Translations under genes and position numbers: made by a program
Part shown: positions 10,845 to 18,463 of the stretch, one piece after another
Layout of the letters: each line of letters starts with the position of its first letter
How positions within the stretch are numbered: position 1 is the stretch's first letter
Source of the DNA: Clostridia bacterium
GTDB taxonomy: Bacteria > Bacillota > Clostridia > Oscillospirales > CAG-272
DNA: 64,000 bases
Assembly: GCA_017411745.1 (NCBI GenBank)
Contig: JAFQPM010000025.1
Span: 1,595 to 65,594 of the forward strand
Direction: 5' to 3'
Notes under the pieces: model-generated
Database searches by the model: none
What the model saw: only the letters and a program-made list of their open reading frames with translations
Told to the model about the DNA's origin: nothing

Positions 10845-11636
10845 TCAAAGTTTAATCGTTTCAATCTGTTTCGAGTGCATAGTCAAAAAAATTTTTTTGT
10901 TTGTTTGGAGTTGCTTTATAAATAGCGTTGTTTTTTGCACAAACACCTTGCCAGCAATATTCTGCATAGTTATAAAAACGTCAATAGGAGCTCCCACTTC
11001 TTTTTTATCTATGTTGAAATATAACCATTCCGAAAACGGAGTGTGTTCTTCTTCCTCTACTGTTCCCCCGTTTTTTGATTTAGAATGCGTTATAATCATT
11101 TCACGAAGTCCAGCTATGCAAGTTAAATTGTAATTGATAGAATTTTTGCTATTATTATCTATCATTTCAAGTTGATTAAATATAACATTTTGTATCTCGT
11201 CTTTTATGTATAAAGCTTCAACTTCATTTTTGCTTAACTCAATTCGACTTAATAAAATGTTTTGAATTGGATATTTCCCCAAATTTCTTACATATAATTT
11301 TACTTTTAGTTTGTCGTTCGCATCATCGCACGCAATAACAGAGGATCTTTCTCTCAAGATATCTAAATATGGTATCATTTTTTCTTCTTCAATTTTTAGC
11401 ATCCTATCACTGACTTCATTCGCCTTGATAGAAATATTGACAGCGATACAACTTAAAAAAACTGAGGAAACAACAGAAATAGCAGTGCCACAGTAAGCTA
11501 ATATATCAGCTTTTTTTAAGGGTTCGCATTTAGTGATTCCATTAATAACAAATGGAGTAACGATTATACCTACAATCGCGAAAAAAAGTATAATGATTGA
11601 TAAAATTAATAAAAACGTACTTGATTTGTTTTTCAT
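10845..11636 (-). CDS. Hypothetical protein: two N-terminal TM helices plus a beta-rich C-terminal domain
   Basis: TM1 is FLLILSIIILFFAIVGIIVTPFV and TM2 is ILAYCGTAISVVSSVFLSCIAV, followed by about 190 soluble residues with no motif I recognise. It is the first gene of the operon, 19 nt upstream of the MTase start. Confidence 0.6.
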   Translation of the reverse strand: MKNKSSTFLLILSIIILFFAIVGIIVTPFVINGITKCEPLKKADILAYCGTAISVVSSVFLSCIAVNISIKANEVSDRMLKIEEEKMIPYLDILRERSSVIACDDANDKLKVKLYVRNLGKYPIQNILLSRIELSKNEVEALYIKDEIQNVIFNQLEMIDNNSKNSINYNLTCIAGLREMIITHSKSKNGGTVEEEEHTPFSEWLYFNIDKKEVGAPIDVFITMQNIAGKVFVQKTTLFIKQLQTNKKIFLTMHSKQIETIKL

Positions 11637-11674
11637 ATGTCAAAATCCTATCTGTTTTGGTGTCATTTGACATT

Positions 11675-11703
11675 ATTATACCATAGAATGATAAAATTTT
11701 CAA
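11675..11703 (-). promoter_or_regulatory. Promoter of the AT-rich three-gene operon
   Basis: On the minus strand: TTGAAA (11703-11698), 17-nt spacer, TATAAT (11680-11675) preceded by TGg (extended -10). Confidence 0.65.
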
Positions 11704-11777
11704 GAGAGAATAATCATTTAACCGATTTTGAGAAAGATATATTAGAAACTTGTTGTTGAAGCAGAAATCAAATATAC

Positions 11778-11810
11778 AAAAAGCGGCTTAAAACAATAGT
11801 TTCAAGCCAC
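11778..11810 (-). terminator. Probable terminator of the GMP synthase gene
   Basis: On the minus strand, stem GTGGCTT pairs with AAGCCGC (one G-U pair, 14-nt loop) and is followed by UUUUU. Confidence 0.5.
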
Positions 11811-11822
11811 TTAAAATCTATA

Positions 11823-12824
11823 TTATTCCCACTCAATGGTTCCCGTGGGCTTGGGAGTCAAATCGAAGAGAACGCGGTTAATTCCTTCCACCTCGTTGGT
11901 GATGCGTGCAACGATCTTATGAAGAACCTCGTAGGGTATCTCCTCAATGGTTGCAGTCATAGCGTCCTTGGTGTTGACGGCGCGGATTATCGCGGGCCAA
12001 CCCTCGTATCTGCTTTCGTCCTTTACGCCAACACTCTTGATGTCGGGAATAGCGATGAAATACTGCCAAACCTTTTCGGCAAGACCGCAGTTGTCGAATT
12101 CCTCGCGGAGAATCGCGTCTGCCTCGCGGAGCGCGTGGAGACGGTCGCGGGTGATCGCGCCAAGGCATCTTACTCCAAGACCGGGGCCGGGGAAGGGCTG
12201 ACGGTAAACCATAGCGTGAGGCAGGCCAAGCGCCTCGCCAACAACTCTTACCTCGTCCTTAAAGAGAAGCTTTACGGGCTCAACGAGCTCAAACTGAAGG
12301 TCGTCGGGAAGTCCGCCAACGTTGTGGTGGGACTTGACTGCCTTTTTGCCCTCTGCCTGCTTGATGCTCTCGAGAATGTCGGGGTAGATAGTGCCCTGAG
12401 CCAAAAATTCAACGCCCTCAAGCTTTCTTGCTTCGTCGGCAAAGACCTCGATGAACTCCTTTCCGATGATCTTTCTCTTGCTTTCGGGGTCGCTGACGCC
12501 TGCAAGAAGATCAAGGAAACGGTCGGTTGCGTCTACGTATATAAGGTTTGCGTCGAGCTGATTTCTGAAGACCTCGATAACGTTTTCGGACTCATTCTTA
12601 CGCATAAGACCGTGATTGACGTGAACGCATACGAGCTGCTTGCCGATAGCTTTGATAAGGAGTGCTGCCACTACCGAGGAGTCCACACCGCCCGAGAGAG
12701 CCAAAAGAACCTTTTTGTCGCCAACCTGAGCGCGAACCTCTTTGATCTGCTCTTCGATGAAAGCGTGCGCGAGCTCGGGAGTTGTTATACGTGCCATTGT
12801 TTCAGGACGAATAGAATTCTGCAT
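11823..12824 (-). CDS. guaA: GMP synthase, ATP-pyrophosphatase plus dimerisation domains only (no glutamine amidotransferase domain)
   Basis: SGGVDSSV P-loop, KSHHNVGGLP, and the C-terminal PKPTGTIEWE typical of GuaA. Start at ATG 12824 (AAAGGA upstream). Only about 25 residues precede the P-loop. Confidence 0.85.
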   Translation of the reverse strand: MQNSIRPETMARITTPELAHAFIEEQIKEVRAQVGDKKVLLALSGGVDSSVVAALLIKAIGKQLVCVHVNHGLMRKNESENVIEVFRNQLDANLIYVDATDRFLDLLAGVSDPESKRKIIGKEFIEVFADEARKLEGVEFLAQGTIYPDILESIKQAEGKKAVKSHHNVGGLPDDLQFELVEPVKLLFKDEVRVVGEALGLPHAMVYRQPFPGPGLGVRCLGAITRDRLHALREADAILREEFDNCGLAEKVWQYFIAIPDIKSVGVKDESRYEGWPAIIRAVNTKDAMTATIEEIPYEVLHKIVARITNEVEGINRVLFDLTPKPTGTIEWE

Positions 12825-12984
12825 ATGTTTTCCTTTCTTGTTTTGGCAGGGGATACCCTGCAATTCGCTAAAAACTTAAGGATAGATAATCATTGATCGA
12901 TCACGAGTCTTAAGAGAGCTCATCACCCTTTTAAAACCCAAACCGTTTTTATCTTTTGCTTTCCTTGGGGAAGTTCTTTGGAGA

Positions 12985-13021
12985 GTGCGAGAACGCTTTC
13001 TTTTAAGAAAGGTTCTCGCAC
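12985..13021. repeat. Long palindrome with a CTTTCTT/AAGAAAG core
   Basis: GTGCGAGAAC g CTTTCTT tt AAGAAAG g GTTCTCGCAC, with one internal mismatch. It lies just downstream of the CofE-like stop and has no U-tract. Confidence 0.7.
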
Positions 13022-13030
13022 GCATCCTTT

Positions 13031-14233
13031 TTAGTTCGTATAGTTGTCGAAATAACCCTGAACGAGAACTACGGGAGTGCCCTTATCGCCCGAGCCGCTT
13101 GTCAGGTCGCAAAGCGAGCCGATAAGATCGGTGAGCTGACGGGGAGTAGTACCCTGAGCCGCCATATTACCAACAAGGCTGGAGCCGTCCTTTGCCTTGA
13201 TGCTCTCGGAGATCGCCTTTTTGAGCTCCTCGCCCGAAAGATCCTTGAAATCGTTGTCTGCGAGGTACTTGAGCTTAAGCTCGTTGGGAGTACCGATAAG
13301 ACCGTCCGTGAAAGCGGGGGAAACTACGGGGTCTGCAAGCTCCCAGATCTTACCCTGAGGATCCTTGAACGCGCCGTCGCCGTATACCATGACCTCAACG
13401 TGCTTGCTCGTTCTGTCGAAAATTCTCTTCTGAATGTCGAGAACAAGATCCTTGCACTCGCGAGGGAAGAGCTTTACTGTGTCCTCGGTGGACTTGTTAG
13501 AGCCGAGCAGACCGTATTTTTCGTTATAACCGCTGCCGCTTATCGACTTGGTCATAATATCGTCGAGACTGCAAACGACCTTTGCGCCGTTTGCAAGAAG
13601 AATTCTCTTGGTGCGTGCGCGGGTGTGTATGTCACAGTTGATTATGTGGTCGCAATAGTCAAGGATCGCCTTTGCCTGATTAGCGAATACGATCTCGACC
13701 TCGGCGCCGCATTCCTTTATAAGATCGCCGTAATATTCTACGTAGTCAACGCCCGTGAACTCGTGCTTTTCGTAGCCGAAGAGCTCTCTGTATTTTTCGA
13801 GGGAAAGAACGTCGGAGTAGGGGTTAACTCCTGCCTCGTCGATCTTATCCATGCTGACAAGGTGGTTCCCAACCTCGTCGGAGGGATAGCTGAGCATAAG
13901 AACGATCTTCTTGCAGCCTTTTGCGATTCCGCGCAAGCAGATCGCGAAGCGGTTACGCGAAAGGATCGGGAAAATAACGCCGACAGTGCCTCCGCCAAGC
14001 TTTGCTTTTACGTCGGTTGCGATGTCGTCGACCGACGCGTAGTTACCCTGAACGCGCGCAACTACGGACTCTGTGATAGAGATAACGTCGCGGTCACGGA
14101 GCTCAAAGCCCTCGGACTCTGCCGCCTCTATAACGGTATCGGTCACGATAGCCGCGAGATCATCGCCTTCGCGGAATATAGGGCAACGAATACCTCTGGA
14201 TACGGTACCTACTTTTCTTGTTTTCTGTTCCAT
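13031..14233 (-). CDS. CofE-like (F420-0:gamma-glutamyl ligase family) protein
   Basis: The 400-aa protein has an ISITESVVARVQGN-type motif and the overall pattern of the CofE/PF01996 family. The physiological substrate in Clostridia is unknown. Confidence 0.55.
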   Translation of the reverse strand: MEQKTRKVGTVSRGIRCPIFREGDDLAAIVTDTVIEAAESEGFELRDRDVISITESVVARVQGNYASVDDIATDVKAKLGGGTVGVIFPILSRNRFAICLRGIAKGCKKIVLMLSYPSDEVGNHLVSMDKIDEAGVNPYSDVLSLEKYRELFGYEKHEFTGVDYVEYYGDLIKECGAEVEIVFANQAKAILDYCDHIINCDIHTRARTKRILLANGAKVVCSLDDIMTKSISGSGYNEKYGLLGSNKSTEDTVKLFPRECKDLVLDIQKRIFDRTSKHVEVMVYGDGAFKDPQGKIWELADPVVSPAFTDGLIGTPNELKLKYLADNDFKDLSGEELKKAISESIKAKDGSSLVGNMAAQGTTPRQLTDLIGSLCDLTSGSGDKGTPVVLVQGYFDNYTN

Positions 14234-14413
14234 AATTTTATACTCCTAAATCATATAGAATCAAAAAGAAATCTGAGGTAAATCTGACGTCGCGCGGGGC
14301 GAGAGATCAATTTACATTCCATTATATCAAATTTCAACGCAATATTCAAGATATTTTTTGAAAAAAACACGCGTTTTTTTGTAAAAATCGGTCTAAGCAT
14401 CTTAACAAAGTGA

Positions 14414-14442
14414 ATTATATCACTCTGTATATTGTTTGTCAA
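14414..14442 (-). promoter_or_regulatory. Promoter upstream of the CofE-like gene
   Basis: On the minus strand: TTGACA (14442-14437), 17-nt spacer, TATAAT (14419-14414). It would give a leader of about 170 nt. Confidence 0.55.
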
Positions 14443-14525
14443 TATTTTTGAAATAATTGAGATTTACGAAATTATTTATCACTAAAATATATTTTTTGTG
14501 AAATTTTACAATTTGGTGGATTGGA

Positions 14526-14566
14526 GAAAAAACATAGCAGCGGACAGAGCCGCTGCTATATTTTTT
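14526..14566. terminator. Bidirectional terminator
   Basis: Stem ATAGCAGCGG (14534-14543) pairs with CCGCTGCTAT (14550-14559). It is flanked by an A-run and a T-run, directly after the stop of the 535-aa gene. Confidence 0.8.
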
Positions 14567-16172
14567 AGATGCTATTAGCTATATTTTTAAAGTAATCGGT
14601 GTCTTCGGACGCAGATGGAGAGAGCAGGGATTCAAAAAGCTCTGATCCTATGTATTCTCTTGCTTCTGCGATCCACTTTTCCTCGTCCGCGGTCTCCATG
14701 TCGCGTATGGCGTAACAGATCTTTTTATAATCTCCGGGAGTGATGAGAATGTGTCGCGTATCGGCATAACCCTTTTCGTAGCGAATGCCGAGGTGCAGAC
14801 CGCTTTCGTCGTCAAGCGGCATGTCGGCATAACGGTTTATTATGAACCAATCAATGTTTTCGCATTTGCGGAGCTTGAGGTATGCCAGAACGAAAGCGTA
14901 CGCGCCCTTGTTTTCAGTCTCGGGATCGTCACCGTTCGTGTGGAATCCCTGCTCGTCGAAGACTACGCGGCGAGGCTTGCCCCGATAGGTAAGCTCGGGA
15001 AGCTCGACCAACTCTTGCCATACCTCGAGATTTTTCATCGTTATTCTTGTCGAATCGAACGAGAACGTGGCGGTCTTGTCGTGGTAAAAGTCGGGGCGGG
15101 AGAGATCCTCGGGATAGGGGTGTGCCGAGATGCCCCAATCAAAATCTCCGTCTCGTCTGCAATAAGCCGCGAGATAAGCAAGGCAGTCGCGCGAGGGATA
15201 GTGGCGCATGCGGTCGGGCTCGAGAATATGGTCGGCAAAATTGTGGTCAAAGGAGACGTCAACTCGGAAGCTTGCGTTGTATTTTCGTGCGATCAGATGC
15301 GCCAACCGCAGCTGCTCGGTGTATTCCTCCATATAGTCGGCACAAGACATTCTGCCGCAGTTGTGCCAGGTGTTCTGTGCGTTTATCTCGTTGCCGATAT
15401 CCATTACAGTGGAGCAGAACAGAGGACTTTTCGGGTCAGCGTAGCGCGCGCAGAGAAAGTCAATGCAAGCACAGTACATATTTAGTCCTGCTTCGTCTCG
15501 AAGATTGAACGCGCTCATCTGCTCGTTAAATCCTGTTGGCTCGTAGTCGGGGTGGCCGATGACCTTGACAAGCCCATCATCAGAGCCGCAAAGGCGGTAG
15601 CTGAATCGGTTGATAAGTCTTATCAGGCAAGGGATCTTGCGCTTTACGCAGGGAAGCATGAGCTCATCGTAAAGCTGCATAAATTCGCGGTCAAAATAGT
15701 AGGTCTTGCCGTTCCATTCGTGTGCGACGTCGTCTTCCTTGGGGGAGACCGTCTGTATCCATGCGGTGTTGAATTCATTCATCATACAGCCAAATCCAAG
15801 CAGGTCCATGTCCTCCTCGGTGGATGTCACCCACGTGCCCACGGGCTTTTTGACCGTGAATTCAAAGTTGTCCTTTGAAAAATCGCCGGAAAGGTCGGTG
15901 ACGTAGCGCACGCCGTCGAGTCTTTCACCGTCGACTCCGACCTCAAAGCGACAGATCGAGAGATCGTAACCGTCTATATATCTTGGTAAAACAAATTCGT
16001 CGCCTTGTGCCGCGGAGCTTTGGAAAACGAGCCTGCCGGGAGTTTTGTTATCCCTTGAGTTTCCGTGGACCAGCGGCACGAAGGCTCTTGCGACTGCCTT
16101 TGCGTTGACAGAAAGCCCGGGGATCTGTATTTTTATTTCATTTGCCGATGCAATAATGTTTGATATTTTCAT
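14565..16172 (-). CDS. Putative clan GH-A-like TIM-barrel glycoside hydrolase (possibly DUF5722 family)
   Basis: MDIGNEINAQNTW is an Asn-Glu acid/base-like motif, and the length and pattern suit a (beta/alpha)8 hydrolase. The family call is tentative. Confidence 0.4.
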   Translation of the reverse strand: MKISNIIASANEIKIQIPGLSVNAKAVARAFVPLVHGNSRDNKTPGRLVFQSSAAQGDEFVLPRYIDGYDLSICRFEVGVDGERLDGVRYVTDLSGDFSKDNFEFTVKKPVGTWVTSTEEDMDLLGFGCMMNEFNTAWIQTVSPKEDDVAHEWNGKTYYFDREFMQLYDELMLPCVKRKIPCLIRLINRFSYRLCGSDDGLVKVIGHPDYEPTGFNEQMSAFNLRDEAGLNMYCACIDFLCARYADPKSPLFCSTVMDIGNEINAQNTWHNCGRMSCADYMEEYTEQLRLAHLIARKYNASFRVDVSFDHNFADHILEPDRMRHYPSRDCLAYLAAYCRRDGDFDWGISAHPYPEDLSRPDFYHDKTATFSFDSTRITMKNLEVWQELVELPELTYRGKPRRVVFDEQGFHTNGDDPETENKGAYAFVLAYLKLRKCENIDWFIINRYADMPLDDESGLHLGIRYEKGYADTRHILITPGDYKKICYAIRDMETADEEKWIAEAREYIGSELFESLLSPSASEDTDYFKNIANSI

Positions 16173-16202
16173 AATGTGACCTTTTTGAATTTTTGGTTTT
16201 TA

Positions 16203-17063
16203 TTAATAGATGCGACTAACGTTAATTTTTATTTTTGCTCCTTCGCCCGCGAGCTTAACGATTACTTCCTTGTTGGAAACATCTTTCAGAGTAATAGATC
16301 GAGATTGATTAACGTCAACCGAGCAATAGTATTCTCCGTCGATAATAATTACTATTTCGGCATTTCCTGATTCCACGGAGCTGTCGATGTTAAGAGTAAG
16401 GGTATTTCCCGATATTTTGGTTGCTTGAAGAATTACAATACCGTGTAATTTTCCGAACGACCTACTGATATGATCGTAATCATAATCCCTAAGCCTCGTT
16501 CCGACGATGTTTGTGTGGTATCCCGAATACCTTTGCGATGACATATAGCTTCTGTAGTTGTTACCTTTGTTCAAAATGTCGTCACGCGTTATTTCAGTCA
16601 GGGCATAATTATCAGGTCCGTTTGTGTCAACAAAGTCGGATTCCGATGCCAATGAAATGATAACGGCGAGCGCAATCAAAATTGTAACAACTATGGGAAT
16701 GGTAATACACAAGGCAATAACTAAACCGTTTTTGGATCTTTTGTATCCGCAGCTTTCAAGATAGTTATGCAAGATTTGCCTTACCTTTTCCGAGTCAAAC
16801 TCCTCTTTTGACCCATCCGAGCAGTATGAAACGGCTTTTTTTCGAACTCCGTATTGTCTGCGGTATCCGTCAAAGTCATAAGTTTTTTCAGTATAGGTTT
16901 TATCATCCTTTAACTGTGCGACACAGCGAAACGTTGACTCTCTCAAGTGTTTGCCGCGATATTTTGCTTCGAGTATTATTTTATCGCCTTCAACAGTCAC
17001 AGTATAATTTTTATCACTACTGTTCAATGCAAGCGCATACTGTAAAACTTCTTGTTTTGTCAT
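16203..17063 (-). CDS. Hypothetical single-pass membrane protein
   Basis: Start at ATG 17063, with the extended SD AGAAAGGCGGTG upstream. The central TM is LVIALCITIPIVVTILIALAVIISLA. The gene is AT-rich and has no recognisable domain. Confidence 0.55.
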   Translation of the reverse strand: MTKQEVLQYALALNSSDKNYTVTVEGDKIILEAKYRGKHLRESTFRCVAQLKDDKTYTEKTYDFDGYRRQYGVRKKAVSYCSDGSKEEFDSEKVRQILHNYLESCGYKRSKNGLVIALCITIPIVVTILIALAVIISLASESDFVDTNGPDNYALTEITRDDILNKGNNYRSYMSSQRYSGYHTNIVGTRLRDYDYDHISRSFGKLHGIVILQATKISGNTLTLNIDSSVESGNAEIVIIIDGEYYCSVDVNQSRSITLKDVSNKEVIVKLAGEGAKIKINVSRIY

Positions 17064-17262
17064 GATGGCACCGCCTTTCTGTTTCATAGTTTAATTGTAT
17101 CACAAATTTATTAATATTTCAACCCGTTTCTTCGTATCTCTCGAAATGTCAAAGCCGGCTTTACGGAACCCAAAAGGCGAGGAAAGAAGGACTTAGAGCC
17201 TTAGCACAAAAATTGCAAGCAATTTTTGGCGGAGGCGTTCTGCATAAACCATACTACACTTG

Positions 17263-17305
17263 CCAAAACAAAAGGGATGGTCAACGACCATCCCTTTTGT
17301 TTTGG
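17263..17305. terminator. Very strong bidirectional hairpin terminator
   Basis: A perfect 20-bp stem, CCAAAACAAAAGGGATGGTC with GACCATCCCTTTTGTTTTGG, and a 3-nt loop. Confidence 0.8.
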
Positions 17306-17482
17306 GACTGTTTTACCAATTTGTAGTTTCGCATCCAAATCACGCCGTAGCGCAAGTTTTTTCAAAAACGATCCGTGGTTTTTGGTCGGTGGATAGACTT
17401 ATCCCTTGGCGATGATGGGAGTTGCACTTGACCGCTATCTTCCGGGGTGCTGCTCCATGCTTGCAAACGAAGCTATGTATAA

Positions 17483-17764
17483 CTATTCTTTTTTTGAAAA
17501 CTTATTGAAGTGTTTTTCGAGTTTTCTCTCTATGAGAGGAGTATATTTTTTATCCAAAGCCTTGAATACAAAATGTAAGATGATTTCCAAAATGATGAAT
17601 AATGCAAAATATCCTCCAATTGCAATCGCGTAATATTGCCATGAAAACGAATTTAGCAGACCTATAACGAGAAATAATGCCGGAATAGCTAAAATTTCAA
17701 TAATATCCCAAATCACCATACCGACATAAAGAATATTAGCGATAAAACCTAATATCTTTTTCAT
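17483..17764 (-). CDS. Small (93-aa) three-TM membrane protein
   Basis: Start at ATG 17764 (AAGGAGG upstream), which overlaps the upstream stop as ATGA. The sequence is hydrophobic: ILGFIANILYVGMVIWDIIEILAIPALFLVIGLL ... YYAIAIGGYFALFIILEIILHFVF. Confidence 0.6.
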   Translation of the reverse strand: MKKILGFIANILYVGMVIWDIIEILAIPALFLVIGLLNSFSWQYYAIAIGGYFALFIILEIILHFVFKALDKKYTPLIERKLEKHFNKFSKKE

Positions 17765-18108
17765 TTTGCGCCCTCCTTTGCTGTGTTGATGGAGGCGATC
17801 AACATTCTGCGGATCGTTCCGCATTGATTATACAAATCTTTTGCAATCTCTCGGTCAAGTAATTCTGATTTTACAAATAATTTAAGCCAATATTCCGTTT
17901 CATAGCACTCTTTCAATGCAATTTGAAACTTGGCAACAAAGTCAGCTTTACTATGAGCATAATTCGCTTCGTGAATATTGGCACCTATCGAAGTAGAGGA
18001 ACGTTCCAACTGATTGACAAGAGAATAGTGACCTTTTATGCCGTCACACATTTTGATAACTTTAACCGCAAAGTCTGTGGATAGGTCACGAAGCTTTGAA
18101 TCTGCCAT
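17761..18108 (-). CDS. Four-helix-bundle protein (23S rRNA intervening-sequence protein / Avd-like family)
   Basis: LVNQLERSSTSIGANIHEA ... DFVAKFQIALKECYETEYWLKL is the typical PF05635-type signature. The extended SD is AGAAAGGCGGTG. Confidence 0.8.
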   Translation of the reverse strand: MADSKLRDLSTDFAVKVIKMCDGIKGHYSLVNQLERSSTSIGANIHEANYAHSKADFVAKFQIALKECYETEYWLKLFVKSELLDREIAKDLYNQCGTIRRMLIASINTAKEGAK

Positions 18109-18160
18109 AATAACACCGCCTTTCTGCCGTTATTATATCATAAAATCGCTAGCTTTTCAA

Positions 18161-18425
18161 GTGAAATATTCGGCTTGCGCCGAATGTGAAATAGTTTTTT
18201 GCGTACTCGGAGTGGTACTCTGAGTTTTTGATCTTTAGTGAAATATTTTGCCTTGCGGCAAAATGTGAAATAATTTCCTGGCGGAAATTGTGAAATATCT
18301 CCCGCCGCCTACGGCTTTGGTCGATGTGAAATAAAATTCGCCTCCTCACGCGCGAAGCGCATTTCACATGCGAAGCATATTTCACGCTCCGAAGGAGTAT
18401 TTCACTCGCCGCAGGCGAATTTCAC
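18161..18425. repeat. Divergent array of mini-hairpins each linked to GTGAAAT/ATTTCAC
   Basis: GTGAAAT occurs at 18161, 18186, 18238, 18265, 18290 and 18326. ATTTCAC occurs at 18361, 18379, 18399 and 18419. Between the copies are short stems of differing sequence that all pair: ATTCGGC/GCCGAAT, ATTTTGCC/GGCAAAAT, AATTTCC/GGAAATT, GCGC/GCGC, ATGC/GCAT, CTCC/GGAG and TCGCC/GGCGA. Confidence 0.85.
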
Positions 18426-18427
18426 TG

Positions 18428-18461
18428 AAAAAAGCCATCCGCTTACGCGAATGGCTTTTTT
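18428..18461. terminator. Bidirectional terminator immediately 3' of tRNA-Trp
   Basis: Hairpin GCCATCCGC ttac GCGAATGGC (18434-18455, one mismatch), flanked by A6 and T6. Confidence 0.75.
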
Positions 18462-18463
18462 CT

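Noticed and set aside
12825-13030. A possible purine riboswitch or T-box upstream of the guaA subunit gene.
   Set aside because: The region has only generic hairpins (GCAGGG tatc CCCTGC) and a CTTAAG direct repeat. No conserved riboswitch junction motifs are present.
17395-17470. Resemblance of GGCGATGATGGGAG ... GCTGCTCCAT (+ strand) to a fluoride (crcB) riboswitch, and of CCCCGGAAG ... AGCAGC (minus strand) to SRP RNA domain IV.
   Set aside because: The crcB P1 (GGCG/CGCC) and the conserved AAC.GCC and CUGAUGA elements cannot be aligned, and no + strand gene follows. The SRP-like strings are in the wrong order relative to the GGAA loop.
17761-18108. A diversity-generating retroelement, considered because the four-helix-bundle protein resembles Avd.
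   Set aside because: The window has no reverse transcriptase gene, no template/variable repeat pair, and no C-type-lectin-fold target gene nearby.
18161-18425. A possible CRISPR array, considered because the region has many short repeats.
   Set aside because: The repeat core is only 7-9 nt, the spacing is irregular (18-50 nt), the orientation flips mid-array, and the window has no cas genes. I report it instead as a hairpin/heptamer array.
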